This document shows positions 48,745 to 59,591 of a stretch of DNA of 64,000 nucleotides, in pieces. The stretch lies in contig JAOUFI010000001.1 of assembly GCA_029858305.1 (NCBI GenBank), forward strand, positions 160,001 to 224,000, in the 5' to 3' direction. How positions within the stretch are numbered: the first letter of the stretch is position 1; each line of letters starts with the position of its first letter. This DNA comes from Candidatus Thorarchaeota archaeon. Its GTDB lineage: Archaea; Asgardarchaeota; Thorarchaeia; Thorarchaeales; Thorarchaeaceae. The position numbers and the translations under genes are program-made. Under the pieces are notes generated by a model that saw nothing but the letters and a program-made list of their open reading frames with translations, did not search any database and was not told the origin of the DNA.

Positions 48745-50346
48745 TTAGAGAGATTTGGCAAGATATGGTCCTTTATCAGTGAAACCAAGTTCACGGTAGT
48801 ATTCTTTGACACCAATTCCACTATTGACTAGAATCTGTTTGACATCAAACTCTGCACGGCCAATTTTCTCTGCGTTGCCAATCAACTTTTCACCGAGCCC
48901 AAGATGCTGCCAAGCATCCTCATCTCTCTGACCGATATCAACAACAGGACCGTACACATGTAGTTCACGAATGATGAGGGAAGAGATGTCGATTATTTCC
49001 GGTCTGTATGCATCGATGCTTGGATATCGAAGTCGGATGAATCCAAAGAGTACATCCAAGTCAGGTTCTTCGAATGAGAGAAATATCTCCGTTCCATCAG
49101 ATGCCTCATAGTCACGTCGAACAAGTTGGATATCCTTGGGATTGACTTGTTCATCAGATCTCATCTGAAAATGACCAATCTCTCTAAATCGAATAGTGGG
49201 ATTTCTCAATCCCTCTTTTTTCATTCTCTGATGTACTAACTCTCTAAGGTTTCCTTGATTCAGACCAGCTTCTATCTGGTGAATAGGAATATCTCTCTGC
49301 ATTCTCTGAATTCGTACATACTCGGGCATGTTACTGACCGCAGTAGATACTACGGAAACAACCTGTTCGTTTGTGTAAGGAGTGTACTCCCCAGCCTGCC
49401 ACCACTCATACAACTTTGTGTTTTTCACAACGATGGTAGGATATATCTTGAGCATATCTGGGCGAAATCTGGAATCTGAGAAGAGCTGGTTGAAGACCTG
49501 TATGTCATCATCAGGTGTAGCTCCTGGAAGACCCGGCATCATATGGTAGCACACTTTGAGGCCACTATCACGTAGAAGCTTCGTAGCATTGACTGTTGCA
49601 TCTACACTATGACCTCTCTGAACGTGTTCAAGTATATCATCAGAGAGCGTCTGGACACCAAGTTCCACTCTAGTTGCACCCATTTCAAGTATTTTATCGA
49701 TGCTCTCTCGGGTCACCCAATCAGGGCGTGTTTCAAAGGTCAAGCCAACATTGCGAACCTCCGCGGTTTCGTTCAGTTTGATTGATTCTTGGAGAGTAGA
49801 ACTGGTCATACCATTCATCGCATCAAGACAGCCTTTAACAAAGAATTTCTGATAGTCGTCAGGCTTGGAACACCAATCTCCACCCATCACTATCAGCTCA
49901 ACCTTGTTTATGCTATGACCAATTGTCTTGAGTTGGTGTAGACGACTCTCTACTTGCCTATAGGGATCAAACTCGTTCTGAATGCCTCTCATTGTCGCCG
50001 GCTCATATCCAGTATAGCTCTGTGGAACACCAAGATCAGGGCCCCCTGGGCAATAGGCGCACTTCCCATGAGGACATTCATGAGGTCGGGTCATCGCAGC
50101 TACGACTGCAACTCCTGAAACAGTACGTACAGGACGTTTCTGGAGAAACTGACGAAGAATATCATTTTCTTCTGGAATAGTGACTTCTAAGATGTCGGCA
50201 TTAGAAGGGGTTGTTTCGCAATGGTACTTCGCACATACTTTATTCTTGATTTTGTTGACCGTTCTACGACTAAGAGGCTCACTAGAGTTGAGCAGAGCCT
50301 CTACTATCTCTCTGCGAACTGTGTATTCATCGTAAGGAGTGGTCAT
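48745..50346 (-). CDS. elp3: tRNA uridine(34) carboxymethyltransferase Elp3 (radical SAM plus KAT)
   Basis: CPHGKCAYCPGG, QSYTGYEP, ETRPD, KIYPT, RELHVYG, WQHLGLG. Confidence 0.96.
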   Translation of the reverse strand: MTTPYDEYTVRREIVEALLNSSEPLSRRTVNKIKNKVCAKYHCETTPSNADILEVTIPEENDILRQFLQKRPVRTVSGVAVVAAMTRPHECPHGKCAYCPGGPDLGVPQSYTGYEPATMRGIQNEFDPYRQVESRLHQLKTIGHSINKVELIVMGGDWCSKPDDYQKFFVKGCLDAMNGMTSSTLQESIKLNETAEVRNVGLTFETRPDWVTRESIDKILEMGATRVELGVQTLSDDILEHVQRGHSVDATVNATKLLRDSGLKVCYHMMPGLPGATPDDDIQVFNQLFSDSRFRPDMLKIYPTIVVKNTKLYEWWQAGEYTPYTNEQVVSVVSTAVSNMPEYVRIQRMQRDIPIHQIEAGLNQGNLRELVHQRMKKEGLRNPTIRFREIGHFQMRSDEQVNPKDIQLVRRDYEASDGTEIFLSFEEPDLDVLFGFIRLRYPSIDAYRPEIIDISSLIIRELHVYGPVVDIGQRDEDAWQHLGLGEKLIGNAEKIGRAEFDVKQILVNSGIGVKEYYRELGFTDKGPYLAKSL

Positions 50347-50418
50347 GACAATAACGAGCTAACCAATTTCGAATTAATAGAATGCGGTTTGACCTTGAAT
50401 TCTAAAACAGTGAGCAAT

Positions 50419-51000
50419 CTATTTCTCTGGAGGTGCAAATGAAATCAAATTATCATTACTGATATCCTGACTAGCTGTATTTTCAGTTGAATCGGGCAGC
50501 TTGCCGACAAGGACTGTTTCAAGGCCAAACCTTCTACAGGCGTCCTCTAGTGTGGATATAGCTACTCTTGTCCAACCAGTGATATCAATCTCTCCAGGAA
50601 TAGCCACTTCTCGTACCATTATGCTGAACGGTTTTACATGCTCAGCAGTGAGTATCTTTGCAACTATAGATAACACAATCTTCCTTTCTTCATTCAGAGC
50701 GTGAGCATAGGCCAGTATTAGCCTATCAACTGCATCATGACTGCCAATGGCAGACAGCGTGACTAGACCGGTGAGCCAATTCTCATAGTCGTGAGAGTTA
50801 AGAAGTTGCTCACAATAGTCCATGAGATTTGGATCTTTTCTTCGAGCAAGTTCCAATAGAGCAGGTCTGCGAAGGAGAATGTGTACACAATCATCGTTGA
50901 CCAAATCCCACAGCCGGGCACTATCGACATCTACATACATTGGGGTGTAGTCTTCGACCTGAGATGGACTCGATAGAAGCCGAAGCTGTGGGAGGGTCAT
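50419..51000 (-). CDS. Hypothetical protein with HEAT-like helical repeats
   Basis: ALLELAR...LSAIGSHDAVDRL...VAKIL repeat-like pattern. Confidence 0.55.
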   Translation of the reverse strand: MTLPQLRLLSSPSQVEDYTPMYVDVDSARLWDLVNDDCVHILLRRPALLELARRKDPNLMDYCEQLLNSHDYENWLTGLVTLSAIGSHDAVDRLILAYAHALNEERKIVLSIVAKILTAEHVKPFSIMVREVAIPGEIDITGWTRVAISTLEDACRRFGLETVLVGKLPDSTENTASQDISNDNLISFAPPEK

Positions 51001-51139
51001 GAAATGCGGTATCGACCAAGGCTATTAAGGTCGTCATACATTTTTGATTGAAAGTGTATCAGTCATTCCTTGCTAGGTCAATTGGATACCTTTTTATGAT
51101 GACAATTCGAAACCACAGTACTGACAAGGTGAAATATCG

Positions 51140-51301
51140 ATGCCTGGTTCACATGGTTCATTAACAAAAGCCGGAAAAGTCCGCGAGTCTACACCAAAAG
51201 TAAAGGGTCGCGAGAGGCATACACCAATTCCTCGATTGCGTAATAAGAGGAATTACAAAAGGCGATTTATTCAAGGACAGACGATTGGAGTCCGTAAGTA
51301 A
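51140..51301 (+). CDS. rps30e: 30S ribosomal protein eS30
   Basis: Not in the ORF track (53 aa). MPGSHGSLTKAGKVRESTPKV...PRLRNKRNYKRRF; GGTGA upstream. Confidence 0.93.
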   Translation: MPGSHGSLTKAGKVRESTPKVKGRERHTPIPRLRNKRNYKRRFIQGQTIGVRK

Positions 51302-51333
51302 ATCCTGAATCTAATGAACTCCTAGATGGAGAT

Positions 51334-52155
51334 TCAAAACTTCTTCTTCGAGCCTACCTGATCTCGATAGTATTTCCCAAAATCTGAGAGTTTCTCTAGT
51401 TGTTTTCCTGTAAATACTGGTCCGTCTAAACAGACGAGATCTCCGGTGGGATCCATCGCGCATGTACCGCAAAGACCACACCCACACTTCATGAATCGCT
51501 CTAGGGAAGCCTGAAATCCAATACCGGCTTTCATAGCTATCTTTTGTAATCCAGCCATCATCATTTCTGGACCACATGTATAGAGCGTATCGAACTGCGT
51601 AACATCCACAAGTTCAGTCACACCTTCGGTTGCTAAGCCTCGATATCCTGAACTCCCGTCATCGGTGGTTGTTATTAGTGTGAGAGCCTTGCTATTCAAT
51701 TCATAGAATTCTCTATAAAATATCAGATCATCCTTCGTCTTTGCAGCAATGAGTAGAGTGATGCCTGCACCCGCTTCAAGAAGTCTATAGACAAGAGGAC
51801 GTAATGGTGCCATTCCGACTCCCCCACCAACGACGAGGGCATTATTGCACTTTATGTCGAAGGGTTTCCCAAAAGGCCCTCTTACACCTATCCAGTCACC
51901 AGGAGCTTTAGAGATTAATGCCTGTGTGGCTTCACCTATGTTCAAGACCGTAATACCGACCCTCGAAGGTGCCCAGTTTGAAATACTCATCGGAACTTCA
52001 TCGATTCCGGGAACCCATACCATTAGGAATTGACCTGCACTGAAACTCAAAGGGTGCATCATATCAAAATAGAGTGTCCGGCATTTTTTGGATTCGGAGA
52101 TGACTTCTGATATCCTGACTGAAGCAAACCGCCCCAATAGCTCATCAGTTCTCAT
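51334..52155 (-). CDS. pyrK: Dihydroorotate dehydrogenase electron transfer subunit
   Basis: GQFLMVW, RGPFG, GGGVGMAP, CGP, MKCGCGLCGTC...VCLDGPVF. Confidence 0.94.
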   Translation of the reverse strand: MRTDELLGRFASVRISEVISESKKCRTLYFDMMHPLSFSAGQFLMVWVPGIDEVPMSISNWAPSRVGITVLNIGEATQALISKAPGDWIGVRGPFGKPFDIKCNNALVVGGGVGMAPLRPLVYRLLEAGAGITLLIAAKTKDDLIFYREFYELNSKALTLITTTDDGSSGYRGLATEGVTELVDVTQFDTLYTCGPEMMMAGLQKIAMKAGIGFQASLERFMKCGCGLCGTCAMDPTGDLVCLDGPVFTGKQLEKLSDFGKYYRDQVGSKKKF

Positions 52156-52156
52156 G

Positions 52157-53077
52157 TTAAGATTTCACTCCCGCTCCAATAATGTCATCCACACTATTCA
52201 GACCCGACTCCTCTATGTATCGGCTCACACCATTCTTGATCTTGGAGAAGACATCTATATCATTCATTACAGCGGTGCCAATCTGAATCGCACGCGCGCC
52301 AGCAAGATGCATTTCGACAGCATCTTCCCATGAAGACACACCACCAACCCCGATTATAGGAATTGAGAGAGTTTTATACAAATCATAGACACACCTGACA
52401 GCTATTGGGAATATTGAGGGACCAGAGAGCCCCCCAACCATATTTCCGAGAATGGGCTGCTGCTGATGGATATCAATCCTCATTCCCCTAACTGTGTTTA
52501 TAGCTACGATGGCATCTGCCCCTGCTTCCTGCGCGGCTTTACCAACTGAAACATAGTCAGATGCATTAGGAGTCAACTTTGCAAAGACAGGAACATCAGC
52601 TATTTCTTTTGCAGATTTCACATACTTGTATGTAAGGTCAGGGCTGTGGGAGATTTGGCTAATTTCCGCATGAGGACAGGAAAGATTGAGTTCGATAGCG
52701 GACGGTTTCATCTTCACTGCCTTTTCCACAATATGTGCAATCTCTTTCGGTGTATTGCCAAAGACGCTCATAATCACTGGAATCTTTGCTTTATTCAGCA
52801 GTTTCATCTCATCTTCAAAAGCATCTATACCTGGATTCGTCAGTCCTATTGCATTTAACAGACCACCATGACTCGCTGTAAGTACAGGACCAGCATGACC
52901 TTTTCTGGGGCTAGAACCAAGAGATTTAGTGACGACTGCGTCTGCCCCAGCATGCACTGCTCTAATCATTGTTGATGCAGCAACGCCTAATATGCCTGAA
53001 GCAAGCCAATAGCCGTGAATTTTCAACGTTTCACCACAGATGTTGAGGATATCGTTCGGTAATAAGCTAGTTGGCAA
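52157..53077 (-). CDS. pyrD: Dihydroorotate dehydrogenase 1B catalytic subunit
   Basis: VVTKS, NAIGLTNPG, ELNLSCPH, KLTPN, GGLSG, IIGVGG. Confidence 0.94.
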   Translation of the reverse strand: MPTSLLPNDILNICGETLKIHGYWLASGILGVAASTMIRAVHAGADAVVTKSLGSSPRKGHAGPVLTASHGGLLNAIGLTNPGIDAFEDEMKLLNKAKIPVIMSVFGNTPKEIAHIVEKAVKMKPSAIELNLSCPHAEISQISHSPDLTYKYVKSAKEIADVPVFAKLTPNASDYVSVGKAAQEAGADAIVAINTVRGMRIDIHQQQPILGNMVGGLSGPSIFPIAVRCVYDLYKTLSIPIIGVGGVSSWEDAVEMHLAGARAIQIGTAVMNDIDVFSKIKNGVSRYIEESGLNSVDDIIGAGVKS

Positions 53078-53132
53078 AGCTTATCCGGTAAATAATCATT
53101 CAAGCAACAAACCTGTTAAGGATGGATTAATC

Positions 53133-54401
53133 ATGCCAGTATATCTCACACTCTCAGCCTTTGGTGCATTTGTGCTTAATGAACAGAATGAAGTAATTGC
53201 CAGACATGTTATCTATCCTGATGAACAACTTGCTGTTTCAAACCTACTGGCAATCAGTAAGGGTGAAAAGACGGATGCAATTGAGTCGATGGCATCAGAA
53301 ATCATCAAGCTAGGTACAAATGAAGTCTTTGTTGAGGATCAGATGCTTGCACGTTCTTTATCGCAGGTTGAAGGTATTATCGTGAGTGTATCTGACGATG
53401 GCACGACAAAATGGTTCAGAGAGAATTTAGGAGAATACCTCAGTCAGCTAGGCATTGTCAAGTCTCAAGAAGAAATCTCATCCTTCAGATATAATGTGGC
53501 TATTCGGCTATCAAAGGCGAAACTAAGTGCTGCAAGTGCAGAGAAGGACCTGCTTGTAAAGAATGCAATTGATGCCATAGATGAGGTGGACAAGGCAATA
53601 AACATCCTCGTGATGCGAGCTCGGGAATGGTATTCTTTTCATCATCCTACACTGAGCGAACTCATTCAAGACCAAGATCAGTTTGCGCAGATACTCAAAT
53701 TCTGTTGTGGAAAGGATAAGATGACCAAAGCATGCCTAGAGAAGATTGGACTTCCAGAATCCACCATTGAACAGATATTGAAAGCAGTAATCGGCGATAT
53801 TGGACCGGATATGAAAGAAGATGATCTTACAATAATTCAAAACCTTGCACAGACTATAGATGGGCTTTATAATACTCGAAAAGAACTTGAGGCCTATGTC
53901 ACCACGGTCATGGGAAAGATATCACCAAACATGACCGCACTGGTAGGTCCACTCATTGGTGCGCGACTAATTAGTCTTGCCGGATCGCTCAAGGAGTTAG
54001 CTAGAAAACCTTCAAGCACTATCCAAGTTTATGGTGCTGAGAAAGCACTTTTCAGGAGTTTGAAGACAGGAGCGGATCCACCAAAACATGGAATCATATA
54101 CCGTGTGACTGAAATCAATAGCGCGCCGTATTGGCAGAGAGGGAAAATAGCAAGGGCATTAGCAGGAAAATTATCGATTGCTTCTCGTATTGATGCGTAT
54201 GCAGAAAGAGATGTCGGAGATAGTCTTAGAGAGGCCTTCCTTTTCAGAGTGGAGGAAATTCGAAAACAGAATCCAGAGGCACCAGTCAAACAAGTAAAAC
54301 CACCAAAGCCAGAAGAAAAGCGAAAACAACCGCAGAGGGGGCGTGACAAGGGAAAGAAACGAGATCGAAGAAACAAAAGGGAACAAGGAGGACGAAGATA
54401 A
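53133..54401 (+). CDS. nop5: Box C/D RNP protein Nop5 (Nop56/58)
   Basis: REWYS.H.P, PSSTIQVYGAEKALF, PPKHG.I, RGKIARALAGK. Confidence 0.95.
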   Translation: MPVYLTLSAFGAFVLNEQNEVIARHVIYPDEQLAVSNLLAISKGEKTDAIESMASEIIKLGTNEVFVEDQMLARSLSQVEGIIVSVSDDGTTKWFRENLGEYLSQLGIVKSQEEISSFRYNVAIRLSKAKLSAASAEKDLLVKNAIDAIDEVDKAINILVMRAREWYSFHHPTLSELIQDQDQFAQILKFCCGKDKMTKACLEKIGLPESTIEQILKAVIGDIGPDMKEDDLTIIQNLAQTIDGLYNTRKELEAYVTTVMGKISPNMTALVGPLIGARLISLAGSLKELARKPSSTIQVYGAEKALFRSLKTGADPPKHGIIYRVTEINSAPYWQRGKIARALAGKLSIASRIDAYAERDVGDSLREAFLFRVEEIRKQNPEAPVKQVKPPKPEEKRKQPQRGRDKGKKRDRRNKREQGGRR

Positions 54402-55099
54402 TGGCAACTGTAAATCCACACAAATTTGCTGGAGTGTATACATCGATAGATGGAGAACACAGTTCTTTATCCACGAAGTCACTGATTCCTGGAATTAGCG
54501 TCTATGGTGAGAAGTTGGTCAAGGTCGGGCTAGAAGAGTATCGGATTTGGTCGCCTCGAAGATCAAAACTTGCAGCAGCAATTAGAAAGGGTCTAACAGA
54601 GATGCCTATTCAACCAGGTTCTAAGGTTCTTTATCTTGGAGCCGCTTCAGGTACAACAGTGAGCCATTGTTCAGACATCGTAGGACAGGATGGTGTGATT
54701 TACGCTGTAGAGTTTGCACATAGAAGTGCAAGAGACTTAGTCCAACTTGCAGCAGCTAGGAGCAATGTGATTCCCATCATTGAGGACGCAAGACATCCCA
54801 CACGTTATGCTCCGCTCGTATCCGGGACAATAGAAGTAATCTATCAAGATGTGGCGCAACCTAATCAAGCTGATATTCTCATTGAGAACTTGAAGACATT
54901 CTGCTCTTTTGGAGCTTGGGGAATGATTGCCATTAAGGCAAGAAGCATTGATTCTACAACGAGTCTTGATAAGGTCTACAATAAAGAGATTTCAGAGCTT
55001 GTGAACAGAGGAGTAGAGATTGTTGACAACATCGATCTAGAACCACTAGAGAAAGATCATCGATTCATTGTTTGTCGTGTCACGGAGGATATGATTTGA
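54401..55099 (+). CDS. flpA: Fibrillarin-like 2'-O-methyltransferase
   Basis: VYGE, RSKLAAAI, VLYLGAASGTTVSH, DVAQPNQ. Confidence 0.96.
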   Translation: MATVNPHKFAGVYTSIDGEHSSLSTKSLIPGISVYGEKLVKVGLEEYRIWSPRRSKLAAAIRKGLTEMPIQPGSKVLYLGAASGTTVSHCSDIVGQDGVIYAVEFAHRSARDLVQLAAARSNVIPIIEDARHPTRYAPLVSGTIEVIYQDVAQPNQADILIENLKTFCSFGAWGMIAIKARSIDSTTSLDKVYNKEISELVNRGVEIVDNIDLEPLEKDHRFIVCRVTEDMI

Positions 55100-55563
55100 G
55101 TCCATCGATAGATAAACTGATTGAACATGAAATTGACACATTAAACGAACATCTACCTGAAACAAGAATTACTCTGCAGGAACTGAGCAAGTCGGGCAAA
55201 CCATTTTTTATCACACGGTCAGGAGAGAAATCAATTTTTAGGGTAGAGGAGATTGAGTGGCTTCTAGAACAAGTACCAGATCGATTCCATGATAGCATAC
55301 GACTACCAATCGTAATTCTGAGGCGGCTCGATCACGGTCTCGGCATTTATACAGTTGCTGGAAACAAGACAGAACTCTTCATGATTCATAAAATTCTAGG
55401 ATATGTTGACCTAGAATGGGAGAAATTTGCCTCGTGGAAACCCATCGAGCAGCTAGCAAGACCACAAGTGCAATTTCTTAGAAAGAAGATGCCTTCAACA
55501 TCCTGTATTGGAATAGTACATGCAACACGAGAAAAATCAAAAAACGATGTGACATATGATTGA
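55096..55563 (+). CDS. DUF61 (UPF0216) family protein
   Basis: LNEHLP..R.TL..L, IRLPIVI; position after fibrillarin. Confidence 0.7.
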   Translation: MSPSIDKLIEHEIDTLNEHLPETRITLQELSKSGKPFFITRSGEKSIFRVEEIEWLLEQVPDRFHDSIRLPIVILRRLDHGLGIYTVAGNKTELFMIHKILGYVDLEWEKFASWKPIEQLARPQVQFLRKKMPSTSCIGIVHATREKSKNDVTYD

Positions 55564-55623
55564 AAATAGATTGTTTTCACTATTAGATAATCTGAAAAGG
55601 GTTTATCATCGAAGAGATATTGG

Positions 55624-56586
55624 TTGAAGAAATTGACCAAAGCCAGAACCGAACTAACTCAGGAGATCATTAAGCAGTTAGATGAGGCTGGGTTTAGTCT
55701 TTCAACCCAATGTGATGTGAGACCAAGCTGTTTTGATATGGTAGCTCGAAAAGAGGACCGTCTTCTACTAGTTAAAGTATTATCGAACATCGATGCCTTA
55801 ACGAAGGAAGATGCAGAAGCATTACAACTGGTTGCAAACTTCTTCAGTGCTACTCCGCTGATAGTTGGCTATAAGACGAGAAAGGGAGAACTTGACGAGG
55901 GCGTTGTTTACAAGAGACACGGTGTATCAACTATTGCACCACTAAGTTTCCAAGGTATGATAGCCGAGGAACGGATGCCCAGGGAGTTTGCACAGAGGGG
56001 TGGTAGACTTGTGGCTATCGATGGCGTCAAACTCAGAAAGGCAAGATTAGAGCGCAGAATGACCACAGGAGATCTTGCTGATTGCGTTCAGGTTTCTGCA
56101 AGAGCTGTTCTTGCATATGAAAAGGATGAGATGGATATCAGTATTGAAACTGCGGAACGTCTAGAAGAGGTGCTCGAAACAGACCTAATGATTCCGATTG
56201 ATCTCCTCCGAGAAAAGGAAGAAAAGATGATTATGCAGCAGGGGGCACCATTAGATTTTCTGGAACAGCGTGTGAATGAGTTCTTTGCACGACTTGGGAT
56301 GAAAGTGCTCTGGACCAATCGAGCACCGTTCCATGTTGCAGCTAAGGAAACTGGCCCACCTCTGATATCTGGTGTTGGGTCAATAAAGAGCTGGAGTCTG
56401 AAAAAACGCATGGAGATACTCAAGAGTGTATCAAAAGTTTCAGAATCCGATGCGGTCATCTTTGTAGAAGAAGGTCAAATCGAAGAAAAAGTATCAGACC
56501 TCCCAGTCATCCGCCAGCTTGAACTCGATTCCATTGAAAAGCCGCAGGAACTCAAGAAGATTATAGCGGAACGATCAAGTGAGTAG
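55624..56586 (+). CDS. Archaeal HTH transcriptional regulator (COG1395-like)
   Basis: SCFDMVAR, KVLSNIDAL, L..GVVY.RHG, RGG..V.IDG, XRE-type HTH. Confidence 0.88.
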   Translation: MKKLTKARTELTQEIIKQLDEAGFSLSTQCDVRPSCFDMVARKEDRLLLVKVLSNIDALTKEDAEALQLVANFFSATPLIVGYKTRKGELDEGVVYKRHGVSTIAPLSFQGMIAEERMPREFAQRGGRLVAIDGVKLRKARLERRMTTGDLADCVQVSARAVLAYEKDEMDISIETAERLEEVLETDLMIPIDLLREKEEKMIMQQGAPLDFLEQRVNEFFARLGMKVLWTNRAPFHVAAKETGPPLISGVGSIKSWSLKKRMEILKSVSKVSESDAVIFVEEGQIEEKVSDLPVIRQLELDSIEKPQELKKIIAERSSE

Positions 56587-56597
56587 AATGCTCGGGA

Positions 56598-57263
56598 TTA
56601 GTCGAGTCTTGTCTGCTCTGCTTCGTTTCTGATTTTTCTCACAGTATCCCAACTGTGACGAATAATAGAGGGCAGCTTCTGCTTACTTTCGATTAATCTC
56701 TTCACAAATTCGATTGTCTTTGGGTCAGAGGGGTAGCCTGAGCCAAAATCTCCAAATCTACGATGCAATCGATTAATTGCTTGATCACGCTGAACTTTAG
56801 CGATGATAGATGCAGCTGATACAATGGGATATTTCGAGTCAGCCTTATGTTCGGAAATTATGTTTGCACCTTTCGATGTGAGTCCACTCAACTCACCAAT
56901 CCTCTCTCCGAAACGGCTAGCTTTTACGTCCGCCGCATCTAAGTAGATTTTTTGAGGATTCAGTGATGTCACAACTTCTACAAACTCCATGACTTCAATC
57001 TCATTCATGGTCATTCGTTTCCGTAGTTTATCGATTTCAGAAGCCGCTATAGATCTAGTGACAATCCTATCGGCGATTGATTCAATCTTTGTTCCTAACT
57101 TTTCGCGGCGTTGCGGTGTAAGCAACTTGGAGTCTCGTATCCCGATGTGCTCCAGCTCCTCCAGTGTAGAAGGGGTGACAAGAACGCCACAGATTATCAT
57201 AGGGCCAATTAAAGGGCCGCGTCCAGCTTCATCTACTCCTGCAATTCCATGGAGTTTTGGCAT
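56598..57263 (-). CDS. rnhB: Ribonuclease HII
   Basis: GVDEAGRGP, DSKLL, VSAASIIAKV.RD, GSGYPSDP. Confidence 0.96.
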   Translation of the reverse strand: MPKLHGIAGVDEAGRGPLIGPMIICGVLVTPSTLEELEHIGIRDSKLLTPQRREKLGTKIESIADRIVTRSIAASEIDKLRKRMTMNEIEVMEFVEVVTSLNPQKIYLDAADVKASRFGERIGELSGLTSKGANIISEHKADSKYPIVSAASIIAKVQRDQAINRLHRRFGDFGSGYPSDPKTIEFVKRLIESKQKLPSIIRHSWDTVRKIRNEAEQTRLD

Positions 57264-57428
57264 AACGTACTAGACGTATTGCGGACTTATTATCATCGCG
57301 GATGTTGGCGCATTGAAATGAAACTAAATCGAAAATCAGATTTTTCGATTAAACCTGACGGTAAAAGGAGTTTTAGAGAATATTTGCTATGAATTATGGA
57401 CCAAGCAGTTTCACACAATGCTCAAACA

Positions 57429-59528
57429 TCATTTTATCTTCAAACCTGTGTGATGCGCTCGAAAGATGAATGACTTGGCCCACAAATCAATGGTTTTCTC
57501 GATTGGAGATCCAACTCCATGACCCGCTTGGCTCTCGGTATAAAGAATTAGAGGTCCATCATCTAGCATCTCATCCGTTGTACTCTGAAGCTTTGCAGTC
57601 ATCTTGAATGCATGCATTGGATCAACTCTGCTATCGCCCAAGGCTGTGTACAGCAGAGTCGGAGGATATTTTACATCTCTGACATGATGATAGGGACTAT
57701 AGGGATATATCCATTCAAACTCCTCTTTGACTTCTGGGTCCCCGTACTCTGGAGACCAAGTCTTTGCCACCTGAAAACGGGTATATCTAATCATATCGAG
57801 CAAAGGTACATGACATGATACAGCTCCAAAGAGTTCAGGTCTTTGAACCAACGCAGCTCCTACCAAAAGACCTCCGTTGCTTCCACCATAGATTGCGATA
57901 GTGTCACGACTGCCAATTCTATTTTCGATGAGCCATTCGGCGGCTCCAATGAAGTCATCAAAGACGTTTTGTTTGTTCTCACGGTTTCCTGCCCGGTGCC
58001 ACTTTTGTCCGTACTCCCCACCACCCCTGAGATGTGCGATTGCTACTATACCCCCTTGTTCAATCCAAGTAACATAGTTTTGAGAGAATACTGGAGTGTT
58101 TGATAAACCAAATCCACCATATCCAGTCAGTGTGACTGGAGTCTTCACTGAAATCTTAGTACTTTTGTTCGATAGGATAAACATTGAAACTTTCGTGCCA
58201 TCCTTAGACTTGTACCATACCTGTTTTGATTGGAAAAGTGTAGGATCTAAATCAAGATTTGGCTTGTAGAAAAGGCTAGACTCACCAGATTTGTAAGAGT
58301 AGTACGAAGCTGGATAGAAGTAGCTACCAAGGTTATAGTAGAATCTGTCTGCTTCAGGAGAGGTAGAAAGTTGATAGAGTGTTACATGGGAGTTGAAACT
58401 GACATTGTCTATAAGTTTGCCAGACTCTAAATCATGAACTTTCAAAGAACTAGAGGCGTTCTTTTCCTCTATTACAGCAAGTTGGTTATTATGAATAACG
58501 AACCTACCGTGGTCAGCAGTAAAAATAACGCCTTCGGTTTCTTTTACTACTGTTTTACTTTCAGGTATCTTTCTATCTTCAGAGAATCTCGATAAATCGT
58601 ATCTTAGAATCTGACCGTTTGGAGCACCGTGTTGCGTTAGTACATATAGATGATTACCATTCACCTCAGATATACTTGAAACCGAATCACTCGTGATTAC
58701 TGGAACGAATGTCAATGAGCTGGGGTCATCTGGATTCACGTGAGCAATATGGATATCTGAACTGATGAATCGATAACTACAGATTGTCAATAGTGTGCAA
58801 TCCTCGTTGATTGAGAGAAGTGGATGTTCAGTCTTTAATCTCCCTGAGCCAAACACCTTCACGTCATTCTTGTAATCATCGCCAAGCTTGTGATAATAGA
58901 CGTGGTGATAGTAGTTCTCATCCTCTGGTGAAACAGTTCCAGGTAATGGGTATCTACTGTAGTAGAAACCTATGTTTTTTACCCAGGCGATTTCACACCA
59001 TTTAGTTTGCGGTATCTTCTCAGTGAGATTTTTTTTCTTCTCAACATCTATCACATGTAGAACGCTCATCTCTGTGCCCCCTTCTGATGTTCCGTATGCC
59101 ACTAAGCTTCCATCGCTGCTTGCACTAAACCAATCAATCGAGATGAGCGCATCTTTGGACTCTTTAAGGGGATCAAAGAGTACTGTCTTCTTTCCTTTCT
59201 CCCCATCTTGATAGCAAAGGGACGGTTGGTTTTTTCCGGCTTCCCTGAAGAAATAGAAGAATCTGGGGCCATTCTTCGTTGTTACAACCTTTAAGGTGGC
59301 GTCTTGAATGTAATCGTATAGAAACAGGTCATGCATTCGTTTCTTGATAATCGCTCCACCAGAATATCCATCAAGGATTTTGGTGGAAAACTTGTTCTGT
59401 TCTTCCACCCACTCTAGCACCTCACTTGAAGACGCATCTTCAAGCCAACGATACGGATCTTCAATCTTGATACCATGTATCTCTTCTACAATTTTCTCTT
59501 TCCGGGATACTGGATATTTTTGTCCCAT
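57429..59528 (-). CDS. Prolyl oligopeptidase (S9A)
   Basis: DPYRWLED, GYGGF, RGGGEYG, GGSNGGL, DSRV, AGH. Confidence 0.95.
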   Translation of the reverse strand: MGQKYPVSRKEKIVEEIHGIKIEDPYRWLEDASSSEVLEWVEEQNKFSTKILDGYSGGAIIKKRMHDLFLYDYIQDATLKVVTTKNGPRFFYFFREAGKNQPSLCYQDGEKGKKTVLFDPLKESKDALISIDWFSASSDGSLVAYGTSEGGTEMSVLHVIDVEKKKNLTEKIPQTKWCEIAWVKNIGFYYSRYPLPGTVSPEDENYYHHVYYHKLGDDYKNDVKVFGSGRLKTEHPLLSINEDCTLLTICSYRFISSDIHIAHVNPDDPSSLTFVPVITSDSVSSISEVNGNHLYVLTQHGAPNGQILRYDLSRFSEDRKIPESKTVVKETEGVIFTADHGRFVIHNNQLAVIEEKNASSSLKVHDLESGKLIDNVSFNSHVTLYQLSTSPEADRFYYNLGSYFYPASYYSYKSGESSLFYKPNLDLDPTLFQSKQVWYKSKDGTKVSMFILSNKSTKISVKTPVTLTGYGGFGLSNTPVFSQNYVTWIEQGGIVAIAHLRGGGEYGQKWHRAGNRENKQNVFDDFIGAAEWLIENRIGSRDTIAIYGGSNGGLLVGAALVQRPELFGAVSCHVPLLDMIRYTRFQVAKTWSPEYGDPEVKEEFEWIYPYSPYHHVRDVKYPPTLLYTALGDSRVDPMHAFKMTAKLQSTTDEMLDDGPLILYTESQAGHGVGSPIEKTIDLWAKSFIFRAHHTGLKIK

Positions 59529-59591
59529 GTTCTACTCCCTCAAATTACAGAGTCTGTCAATATTCTTGAAAATATGTGCTTTTTGGAAAAA

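Noticed and set aside
57327-57350. 9-bp AT-rich inverted repeat between rnhB and the prolyl oligopeptidase gene
   Set aside because: Low complexity and single occurrence; no function can be assigned
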